Source of the DNA: Octopus bimaculoides
Taxonomy: Eukaryota
Assembly: GCF_001194135.2 (NCBI RefSeq)
Contig: NC_068990.1
Span: 4,338,502 to 4,402,501, forward strand
Length of the DNA stretch: 64,000 nucleotides
Direction: 5' to 3'
Shown: one piece after another, positions 1 through 11,122 of the stretch
Position numbering within the stretch: the stretch's first letter is position 1
Layout of the letters: each line of letters opens with the position of its first letter
The notes under the pieces: model-generated
Seen by the model: only the letters and a program-made list of their open reading frames with translations
What the model was told of the DNA's origin: nothing
The model's database searches: none
Position numbers and translations under genes: made by a program

Positions 1-54
1 TCTATATAAATTAGCAATTAGTAACAGAAGCAGCCTTTGTGACAAATATTGATC

Positions 55-404
55 AACACATCAAACCTAACCCGGATGTGTTAGACTGCAGTGAATATTC
101 TGAGAAATCATCTTGTGCAGACGACAAGTGCTGATATTTCACCAGTACTGGCAGCTGGTATTGTTGTATCACATGCTTTCATAGTATTTAGAATAATCAG
201 TAACAGACAGCCAAACATCGAATCGTGATCTGAAATATGGTGAAATCACATGATACAACAGTGTCATCTGTTGGTGCTGATGAAATATCAATTGATATTA
301 TCTGTGCTTTTTAGCATTTGTTGTCTACCTGTGATGATTTATCAGGACGTTTACTGCAGTCTAAGGCATTATAAACAATACATCCAAGTTAGGCTGGATG
401 TGCT
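55..404. repeat. ~350-bp imperfect fold-back (MITE-like palindrome)
   Basis: 55-~200 aligns to the reverse complement of ~225-404 (for example TTAGACTGCAGT/ACTGCAGTCTAA and TGTTGTATCA/TGATACAACA) with two indels. Confidence 0.8.
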
Positions 405-1699
405 AACTTATATTCCCTTGTTTTAGTAATATTAATTCTCTTCTTCAGCATACATTTTAATGTCTGCTATTTAGTGATACTTTGTATGTGTTCAGTTCAT
501 TGTTGTCTAAAATTTCCTTATAATATAACAACTTCTGAAATGAATTTTCCCAAAGTCCATCATCCTCCAGACACTTTTCTGAACAATATAGATTCCTAAC
601 GTTTTAAACTAAGATTTAACTACCTGAGGGATTATTTATTTATCACCTTCATCAATGAATGAAATGTTAAAATGTGATAAATGAAATGGATTTGAATCAC
701 AAAAAGAAAAAAAAATACTGATGAAATCAAATAAAAAATATATAAAAGGATCCATTGGAAAATTTGTCCTTATAAATATCTGTACACTTTGGCCCAACTT
801 TGGCTCACCATTTACTAATACAAGCCATGTCTACTATTCCTCAAAAGTTTAATCTCTCATTCCAAATCTGTAAATCCATATCTGCTGTCTATATTACACA
901 TCATATATCAAGTACTTTCCTAAATGCGGTGTAAGTGCTTATGTATACTCCATATTCCTCAACACAGCAATCTGATCTGGAGATCAGCAATAATAACTTT
1001 CATATATTATACTGAAGTCTTCTCTGTTCTTCTAAATCCATCTGCTGTCTCTTGCTCTATCCAAAGTTGTTCAACCATTATTAGATGTACCGTCACACCT
1101 ATTACAGTCCAAATTCTATGTGGTTCTGTTGCAGCTAGCTTTTCTATTGCTGTACTACAACACTTGGAGGAAATTCTTCACTGTCACCAGCCCAGAAGTA
1201 TTTAGTCTATATATATATCTATATCATTATAAATACGAGATTCTGTCAGTCCATCCTTCCATAATCCCTGTATCTCAGTCAGCTTTTGCTCTACATAGAC
1301 ATATTATACCTTTTTGGAATCAGGATGATCCCAGTATTGAAAATCTGTCCTTCATTTGGTTCCAAAACATCCAGCATTGGGATCAGGTGAGATTTGTTAT
1401 ATGTTAACAGTTGAAAATTCAAATTTTAAAAGAACTTCAAAAATTTGTAAACTTACAAGTTTTTCATTTAAACTGAATTTAAAGTAGTACCTAAACTTTG
1501 TGTGGATATAAAAAGTATTTTCAATTCAGTTCACTTAAAACTAGACCCAAGTTAGAGTGAGAGATTTTGAAAAACTTGAGTGAGAAATATTGAAGATCTC
1601 TAACTTTTGGCCAAAATCAGACTTCTATCCAAATTGGACTTTTGACCAGATTGGACTTCCAGCCTGATTGGACTTTTGGCAGAGTCAGTTTATTCAGAG

Positions 1700-2300
1700 G
1701 TTTGGCTGCTGGAAGATTTGCAGCTCAGCTACTGGATCAGGGAAATGGAAGCATTCAGCAAGACAGTAATGGAGACATCACTCTTCCAAATGGCTGAGGC
1801 ATTTTGGTTAAAACTGTAGAAAAGTTGATTACCAAGGTTTACCTAAACATTGAACATAATTTTCAAGATCATGATTGGCTTTGTGAAAGAGCCATACTTG
1901 CACCAAAGAATGAAACTGTCCAGGTTGTTAATTGGAAACTTATGCAATCAATCCATACTGAAGAAAAAAATTGTTTCTCAGTTGATACTGTTGTGGACCC
2001 CAATGATGCTGTGAATTATCCTACTGAGTTTCTTAACTCTTTGGATCCGCCTGGAATGCCTTCTTACAAACTGAAATTGAAGAAAGGTGTTCCAGTCATG
2101 CTTTTGAGAAATCTGGATCTGCTAAAGCTGTGCAATGGATCAGGACTGATTGTCAAGCAAACACATCCACACCTTTTGGAAGCAACAATCCTCACTGGAC
2201 AACGAAAGGAAGAAAATGTGTTTATTCCAAGAATTCCAGTGATTCCAGCAGACATGCCCTTTGAATTCAAGAGACTTCAGTTTCCAGGAAGAATTAATTT
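1700..2300 (+). mobile_element. Helitron Rep/Hel fragment (PIF1-type helicase C-terminal region)
   Basis: ORF 1804-2325 has RAILAPKN, YPTEFLNSLDPPGMP, LKLKKGVPVMLLRNL, LCNG, FIPRIP and FKRLQFP motifs. The same frame continues upstream (FAAQLLDQGNG...ITLPNG) across one in-frame TGA at 1795-1797. It is truncated at both ends. Confidence 0.9.
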
Positions 2301-2689
2301 TGCAAATATACATATATTCATATAATAACATAATCACATAACCACACAGTAAAGTGTCTTGCTCAAGGACACAATGTACTGCCAGCAATCAAACTCGTGG
2401 CCCTATGATTGTGAGCTTAATACCCTAACCACGAAGCCACATGCCTTCACACATTACTTACATTACAACCACAAGCATACTAATGCACTTTTCCCTTTGT
2501 CTGTCTTCTATTTCGACTACAGTGGAATCTGCTTCTTTTAACTTGCAAACTGTGTACTCCTTGATAGACAACATTGCCTCTTGTCAGCATCATTTCAACT
2601 GTATGTTACCCACCAAACCCCACACAAAGTATTTGATTAAATCTACACCAACATTTTATTAGTTCATTATATAAATTAATTTTTTTTAC

Positions 2690-2907
2690 CTTTCTTGTAA
2701 CTGTTTTCCAGGAATAAGTCCAGCTCGGAGATTGCTATCTCCTTCTTTACGTGCCTGCCACCAAAGTGGATCTTCTTGACTAACAATCTGAAGAACATCT
2801 CCCTTCTGGAAAGGAAGACCTGCTTCTGGGCAAGGAATAATGGGGTCATCAAAGGGATCATAATCAAATAGAGCTCGAAGTCTTATTTGAGTTGAACGAT
2901 AATATGG
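2690..2907 (-). CDS. MPP7: MPP7-like exon, SH3 domain
   Basis: tttatttttcag|CCATATTAT...CAAGAAAG|gtaaaa. It is 218 nt, phase 0 to 2, and translates [72 protein letters not shown](R), a classic MPP SH3 (ALFDY, IPC.EAGL.F.KGD, WWQA, AGLIP). The family call is strong; MPP7 versus other p55 paralogues is less certain. Confidence 0.95.
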
Positions 2908-3559
2908 CTGAAAAATAAAACGGAATAATCACGGATCAATTAAGCTTTTAATCACACTTTACTGGAATAAGCCAAATAATTTTATTTAAATCTAACAAGA
3001 AATTAGATTTTGTTGGATTTTGAACTTATAGATGAAAATAAAGGCAACATCTATTTCTATCATATTGAGCAAAACAGACCCAAAATTGATTCCCTTTTTT
3101 CTAGAGAATGTCGAATATTTTTTGTTTATGTATTTGTTTTGCAAGATTCTTGATGTGAAATTGTGTGTTGAAAAATATATTGTTATATTTGATGATGGTC
3201 ATATTTTACCAATCAAACACACATGCATAATATGTTTGGTCTTCACTTCAGCTTTATTATCATTATTTTACTTTCTTTATCAAAACTCTTTTGTCACACA
3301 TCCTGCGACCTCTTCAGTGACTCTTTATCCCATGTGTCTCAAGCAGAACAAGAAAAGACACATGGGATTAAAAGTCATTGAAGAGGTCACAAGATGTATG
3401 AAAAAAGAGAGTTTTAACAAAGAAAATAAAATGATACTAATAAAGTTGAAGTGAAGACTAAATATATAGTGCATATGTTTAATTGGCAAAATATGACCAT
3501 CCTCACTAATTCATTAAAAAAAGAATGATCATTTTTTTTTAATGATTTAGTAAGCAGTA

Positions 3560-3950
3560 GAGGGACAGTGCCCATGACTTTTTTCTGAGACTGTTGGTAC
3601 AAAGAGAAGAAGAAACCATGATTTACAGGTTGTTGCAGCTCATCAGAGATCTGTTCTGAATGCTTACAAGAAATTGAACAGTGAAAGGTACTCCATAGGC
3701 CAGTGGTGGAGTTAAAACCAAGCAAAAGATTAAAGCTAATGTCTTAGAACATGTTAAATCAATCCAGCTATTGAAAAATGCAATGGTAAAATAGACATGC
3801 CCAAGATGCCACATGGTAGGTCCAAGCCAGGAGTCATATGAACCTGAAACAAACTTCTTACAACCCACCTTAGACCTCCCTTGGTTCTATGATGCAAACT
3901 TCCTGTTTCAAAGTGATCTAAATAAAAACCTTCCATCAACATCTTATTCA
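3560..3950 (+). mobile_element. Highly degenerate RTE-like LINE remnant
   Basis: YKKLNSERYSIGQ and ESYE segments resemble the YGEL..GKR..GG.KKR...ASYE C-terminal region of RTE elements. Many stops. Confidence 0.35.
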
Positions 3951-3984
3951 TGTTTCAAGCACCAGTTTAATAATGGTTTTAAAT

Positions 3985-4420
3985 TTTGGCACAAGGCCAG
4001 CAAGTTCGTGGCAGTGGGTAAATCGTTTACATTGACCTGAGTGCTCAACAGGTACTAATTTTATTAACCCTGAAGGGATGAAGGGCAAAGTCAAACTCAG
4101 CAGAATTTGAACTCAGAAAGTACAGATGGATGAAAAGTTGTTAGGCATTTTGCCTGGCATGCTAATAACTCTGCCAGCTCACCACCTTAAATACCAGTTT
4201 AACAATCCTTTCTACTATTGGCACAAGGCCTGAAATTTTGTGGGAGGGGGCCAGTCAATTAGCTCGACCCCAGTATGCATCTGGTACTTAATTTATCGAC
4301 TCTGAAAGGATGAAAGGCAAAGCTGACCTTGGTGGAATTTGAACTCAGAATGTAGCAATGGGTGAAATACTGCTAAGCATTTCATCCAGCATGCTAATGA
4401 TTCCGCCAGCTCGCCGCCTT
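3985..4420 (-). mobile_element. Two tandem tRNA-derived SINE copies (family A)
   Basis: Copies at 3985-4188 and 4211-4420. The reverse strand begins AGGCGGCGAGCTGGC... with the B-box-like GAGTTCAAATTC and a CTTTGCCTTTCATCCTTTC core. Other copies lie at ~7762-7955(-), 14435-14628(+), 14730-14930(+), 17048-17239(-), 19296-19510(+), 27703-28470(-, interrupted), 35365-35530(+), 41215-41680(+), 54480-54950(+) and 63258-63450(+). Boundaries approximate. Confidence 0.8.
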
Positions 4421-6201
4421 GAATATCAGTTTAATAATGGCAGTTATTTTACTAAATTCTTCATTTTTCAAATTAATTGAAACAAAAGTTGTGTTTCCCA
4501 ACAGAAATATGGCAACTAACATAGGATCAAAATATGCAGCAAATATATTGTGTGTCCTTAGATTAAAATGATTATTTCCTTTTCTTTACTTAGTTGGAAT
4601 ATTATGTTAGACATTAGCCAAAGAAAGAACATCTATGTAGTCATTTGACTTATGAGTATTAGCAACCAAATTTTTCTTACCCTACCATTCAGATTATGCT
4701 GCCAACAGTAATGTTTATTTATTTTCATTATTTTGAATTACTCATGTAGTACCATGTAGCTTTGAGGTTTCAATGATGTACGCATTTATTTTTAAAATGA
4801 CATTGTAGGGCTGGTGTGAGAGGCTTAATATGGCCAATTTGAACATAAAACAGGTATATTATTTGGGTCAGATATGGCCAGTTTAAATAGCATTTTTAAA
4901 AAGAGAAGAACACGTTGAACAAAGTTGTTTAGGATATACCAAAGTTATGAGGTAATAAGATACATATAGTAACAGATGAAATGCCTTTGATCACAGGTCT
5001 GCTTAACTGCAGTTGATCCGGGACTAAGCAACAATAACTGGATATACAGTAGTTTCATTTTGCAACAGGGCGTTTAATTCAAAATAAATAACAACTTTAG
5101 ACAGGATATCAATACTTTTTATGAATATCTCAATTGGAAGTACTAACAATTTTAATAAAGATGTTTTGAAAATAAAGCATAATAAATAAAAAAAAAAACA
5201 CAAAGCAAAAAAAAAAAAACGGCAAAAATTACTCAGCACTCCCCTCCTCTATCAAATAAAAGAATTTGTTATCAAGTCATGTGCTAATTTTATTAGCTAC
5301 TAAAATACTGTATGAATTTGTTTTTGTTTTTTTTAATATGAACTTGCAAAATTTATTACCTCTATATAAATTGAGACATTAAATCTGCATCAATTACCAT
5401 TAAAAACATATTCTTTTTGTCTCTCTCATACAATCACACACACATACATATTATATATATGTATGTATATATAAAGATATATATATAAATATGTATACAT
5501 ATAAATATATATATGCATACATATATATATGTATATATATATATATATGTATATATATAAACACATATATACTTCTCTGTTACCCACCATCATAATAAAA
5601 TCATTATTTAAATCCAATAATGGAAAATATTCTATGATAAGTTTACATTTGGTGAAATCAGTATAAATTGAATTAGTGTAATGTTATGGAAGTAAATATT
5701 AGATAAATATTTCTTTTTTAATTACAGGAAGTTTTCATTCAAACATTTTTTTCAAAGCTATTCATTCAACATAAATTGTAATATAAATGGGTCTATGAGA
5801 ATCTATACTTTTAGCTATTATCATAGAAACATTAAGCTGATTATCAACAAATTTAACCAATTTTCAATGAGAGAGTCTCTACATGGTCAGTTGATTGGCA
5901 AGAAATTGCAGCTTGGAACCATGGGTTTGGATCCCAGCACTGCCAGTGATATTTTGATGTTTTGAGCCAAGTAGGAAGATTCTACAGGTTTGCTTTACCT
6001 GATGACAACTATAGCCAAATCATCTTTACATCATATATTCAATATAGACACAGATCATAATATAATCCAGTATAACTTTAAAAGGTCAGTATAGTTTTAA
6101 CTGGGATGCCTTTGATAGTAAATCTGGAGCTAAGCAGAGGTAACTAGTATACAACAAGGAAGTTTCTTTGTGGCTGGCTGATCTATTAGAAATGACAGAA
6201 T

Positions 6202-7135
6202 CATTATTTACATTTGACAGATATATTTGTCCTCATCTTTGTTGTTGACAAGTTTTGGCTGCTATACCCCCCAGCCTTCATCAAATGTCTTGGGGATATT
6301 CCTAAGGTATTTTTTGATGTTATTATTATTATATGCATATATACATGTGTGTATCTATATATGTATATTCAGGTCACTGCCTGGAATTGAACTCGGAATC
6401 TTGGGGTTAGTAGCCCACGTTCTTAACCACTACACCATATGCCCGTGGGCAATTATAGAGTGAATTGTAGGGCTTATAACTCTAACATTTTCTTATCCTT
6501 CCTTAATACCGGTTCCCATATGCTATTCATATCTGCACTCGGTCTGCTTAGGAGGTTGTTGTGTCCTAGTTTTCGTATTTTCCAGTGGTGTTCTCTGTCT
6601 ATTATTTTAACTTCATCCCACAGGGGGAGGTGGTCTCCATTTTGCCATACATGATCAGCTATACCCAATTTATCAATATCTCCTCATGTCACAGCTTTGC
6701 GATGTGCATTTTGGTGGGGCGGCATGTTTCACCTTTGTATAACCTACCACAGCTGCATGGGATGGAGTACATGCAGTTTTTGGTCATATTCTCTTCTATT
6801 GGTGGTTTTACGCAAAGGAGATATTTGCAAAGTGTTGTATTACTCTTGAATACAGTCCTGATGTCATATGGGCTGCATGTCTTTTGTATTTTTTCAGAGA
6901 GGCCTTTCACATAGGGTAGACAGAATGTAGACAGTTTATTGGTTTCATCCCCTCTTTTCTTCATAATTGGAGTGGAGAGTATGTTTTGAGAGTAGTTGTT
7001 GCTTAATAGAAATGATCAAGCTCAGTAATAATCTATTAAGCAGCAACTACCCCCAAAACATACTATCCACTCCAATTATGAAGAAAAGAGGGGATAAAAC
7101 CAATAAACTGTCCATAATCTGCCTATTCTATGTGA
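6202..7135 (-). mobile_element. 5'-truncated Penelope-like retroelement: GIY-YIG endonuclease region plus pseudo-LTR-like cassette
   Basis: Frameshifted ORFs 6689-6964 (LPYVKGLSEKI...CMYSIPCSCGRLYKGETCRP) and 6474-6668 (GIADHVW...WDEVKIIDREHHWKIRK) match the C-terminal GIY-YIG region of Penelope-like elements. They are followed by a tRNA-like/hammerhead cassette and preceded by a 5' inversion. Confidence 0.85.
6247..6289 (-). ncRNA. Degenerate hammerhead ribozyme motif
   Basis: Reverse complement GACAT-TTGATGA-AGGCTG...CAGCC-AAAA-CTTGTC. Both core boxes carry substitutions and stem II is retained. Homologous to the 27.9 and 28.2 kb copies. Confidence 0.5.
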
Positions 7136-10100
7136 TGGAAGCTGTGTGAATATACAGAGTTCAATGATGTGACTGTGTATGTTTAAAAAGATAATGTCAG
7201 GTAGGTGTGAGAGGCCAAATCTGGCCACTTTGAACATAAAACAGGAAAAATATTTGGGCTGGATATGGCCAGTTTTTTAAATGCTAAAGAGTTAATTTCA
7301 AGTTGGCTATGATTAAGCAGATCTATGATCATGGGCTTACAAACACTGACTATCCTGTTCCACTGGCTGTGTTATCTTTTATGTCCTTTTTTTTTCCAAG
7401 ACCGAATGGTGATGTCAGAAGTAGAATTAGCTGCTCTTTCTCCTCTTTCTAGCAGATCAAATGACTCTTGCTAGTTCAGCTTTTAGTTGTTTGAAGCTCA
7501 GATGTCACTAAATGAAGGTAAAAAGAAAGCTGGGCATGCTATAAAGATTTATTACTTGAGCAAAGATGATATATTTGAAAGGATGCTATAAAACTGGCGT
7601 AATTATTGTCAAATTAGTAGAGATAATCTCAACTCCATGGAAGTTGAGATAAAACATGATTTTATCAACTAGATAACAGACACAAGCCACAGATTTTACT
7701 GACAGAAAGTCACAAGGGAAATATCTAAGGCTAAAGTTCTCTAAAAATATTGGTTTCAAATTTTGGCACAAGACCAGCATTTTCAGGGGTTGGAGAGGGA
7801 GTAAGTCAATTGCATTGACCCCACTTATTTTACTGATCCTGAAAGGACGAAAAGAAAAGTTGGCTGTGACAGAATTTTAACTCAGAATGTAAAGACAGAT
7901 GAAATGCCAGTAAACATTTTGACTGGCATGCTAACAAACCTACCAACTTGCCACTATAAGTGACAACAATATTAGCATACAGGTCTAATAATAGGAACAA
8001 AGACAAAAGGTGTTGCTTTCTTGGAGGTACATTCACTGAATTTAATCATTGAGTGACAATGAATATATAACTGAGTGTTGAAGTCAACAAGTATATGAGA
8101 CAAAAAAGATGTTTTGTACATGTTAAGGAGCTAAAATTCTTACAGATCGGAAGAAAAAGTCATGTATAAAGCATGCACACCCACTATTGTATGTAAGATG
8201 GTAAGGTAAATACAACATATGCAAAGCATAAAAAGAAACACAGTAGCAAGCTATCCTATACAACATGTTAAACTGTATCTGAGGTTTTAGCTCAGGAGTT
8301 TTGAGGAGCATGGAGTCAGCCCTAAGTCTTTACCATTCCCTGGTTCATCTGGTCAGGGAGGGCAGTTCTTTCTGTTCATCAGTCCCAGTTATGTGTCAAA
8401 CAGTTGAAGATGACCCTGTGGCTAAGGCATATAGTACTCAGAGGAGTCAGTCTCTAGATATATGTTATACAGGCCCACCAATAAGTGGACATAGCTTGAT
8501 GTTATGCAAAACCAGTCCTCTTGCCTAAGGATTACATAAGCCCTGTACTTTAAGGGTAAGTTCTGGATAGCAGGTGGTTGCCAAAGTAAACTCTAGATAA
8601 GGTAATGGGAAATCAAGGCCGTATCTTTTCCAAAAAAAGTTATGAATCTTCGGACTTTGGCTTGGTGGTCCATGACTGCTGATGCCTGTAGACATGACGC
8701 ATAAAGCAAGAGAAAGGGAGTTGTTAGCACTTGTGTTAAAACAAATTCTTGAGATTGGTGTGACAGAATACTAAATGGGGCCCCTTTATAAGCTAACAAA
8801 TCTACTATGTACACAGAATTCTAATACCATAGAATTTTCTACCTAGCAACAGAATGATTGCTTTCTCAATGCATTTTCTTAACTCAGAACTAGGAAAAGA
8901 TCGGATTGATTAATAGATCACCAATAAAACATGATTTGATAGTGCTTTAATGATAGTTGAAAACTGACTGAAAATTATTAGCTAACATCACCACCAGGCT
9001 TTTTGATGTTTATAGCAGAGCCTACTCCATTGCAACAGTTTAGACCAGGTTTCTGGTCTAAGTAAGAATAACTCAGTATCTTGACATGCTGTTTTCCTCT
9101 GTGGCAAATTCTAAGTCTTTCCTCCTTCTTACTTTTATTCCTACAAGTCTTGGAGGCTCTGCAAATACCATTAGTGTTTCCTTGTTCCTCTGACTAAGCC
9201 ATAAAAAAATGTATAAAATCATATCTATTGGGATTTGAACAATGAAGAAGGAGGCCAAAGAACAGAAAATTAGGACTTGGAACACAAGAAATAAATGTGG
9301 CACAAAATTCTACAGTACATGGGCAATAGTAGTTCTTTCATATACAGCCATTGAAAGATAAACTACCTTTCCAGTTACAACAATGCAGTTTCAAGGCAAA
9401 CATATATTGTCAGTTATGACTAAAGGAAGTTTATTATGGATGTTAGATCATTTAACATGCTGTTAAATTCAATAAATATTGATTATTTTCAGTTATTTTA
9501 AATTCACAATAACTTCATGAATACAGCAAAGTTAAAAGTAAAATAGCAATTATTTTAATGAAAATGAAGATAAGAGTGGCATTAAAATGGCTAATGCTAT
9601 ACAGAGGAAATTTATTTCATGTTGTAAATATTTGATAAACTATTCTAATCTTCCGCAAAATATTTCTATGCAAGTAAACAAATTGACTTTTGAAATATTG
9701 AATTTTCCCCAACTTGAATGTGTAAGTTTTAAAATATTATATTCTAATAGCTATTTTTAACAGGCACAACCTCTTCAACAGTCCCTCAGCATATACAGCA
9801 GGAACAAGAAAACAAGGGTCTTTGGTGAAGTTTAACATTGAAGTTGGCAGAGTTAATCAGTTTGGTCAAGTAAGAGAATTAATGTTGTCCTTATAAAATG
9901 CTAATTTTATCTATACCAGTTTATCAATGTTTAATTCAGTAGTTCTCTTATATGGCCTTCTGAAAGTTATTTTACTTTACTAAGTGACAGTTTAACCTAA
10001 ACAGAAAATATTTGCTCATTTTTTTACATTTTATGAGGGAGAAGGGTTAATTGCAAGGTTATATCTAGTATTAAAAACATTCAATAAATGCAAATAAATG

Positions 10101-11015
10101 TTTGAGTCTGTAGAATGTCTAACTCGTGTCAAAACATAAAATAGAAAACAGAATGGAAAGTATTAACTAAAAAACAAATAAACAAAACAAAAAACCTGCT
10201 TTTGCTTTGACTGCTGGCATTATTTTTATGATTATGATAGGCCATTCCCAGTTTTGAAATGAGTTATGGTGGCATAACAACTTTCCTGTTCTGGAACAGG
10301 AATATTATATTTGAAAAGTGATATTATTGATGCTACCAACATCAAAGTAATGTACACATATTCAGCAAATGTCTGCTCGCTATTTCAAGTATTTTCTTTT
10401 TTTAATTAATGGTTAAAATATTTTTATATTTTCAATACATATTAATGTTTATCAAGTGATACCTTTGATATTTCTTAGAGTTATACATGTATAGCTCTAA
10501 TGGCAAACTTACACAATATTTGGTAGCTTTTAGCAACAATCACAAATGTCAGTTTATATTTATTAATTAGGTTTCATTTTATTTTATATAGCCAAAACTT
10601 TGAGATCACTGTCAACCTTTTCCTTGTAAAAATAAGAACGATATTCTACTTAAACACATTGAGTAATCCTTCAATTAATATTCAACTGCTTTTATGTATA
10701 ACTCTACATACAAGCAAACATTAAGACACAGAGACATATATTTATATATCTTTAGAAGAAACTGAAGATTCATAGCATTGCAGTTCAGAGACTCTTGCTG
10801 CATTACAATCATTCAAGCAATAAAAAGATTTTCCTTTCTGTTGCTTCAATGACAGAGTGAATCATCAGCTCCTTCTGAATAAATAAATTCTACTATATGT
10901 AATAAGTACATTTTCTCTCATTTGTACACCCACTTGCATGTGTGAGTGCACCCCCCCCCACATGCAACTATACATACATTATACATATACACATTATATA
11001 TATGTATACATATCA

Positions 11016-11054
<39 letters not shown>

Positions 11055-11088
11055 GTACATATAATAAATAAATATGTATATTTATTTA

Positions 11089-11122
<34 letters not shown>

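Noticed and set aside
924-1205. ORFs 924-1205 and 1120-1407
   Set aside because: No domain signal. At most a very old LINE remnant that I cannot support.
6372-6443. Possible true tRNA gene
   Set aside because: Acceptor and T stems do not pair properly and it is embedded in a repeat cassette, so it is treated as a tRNA-derived head.
9763-9869. Plus-strand AG...GTAAGA-bounded open segment (HNLFNSPSAYTAGTRKQGSLVKFNIEVGRVNQFGQ)
   Set aside because: No family match and no coherent plus-strand gene model.
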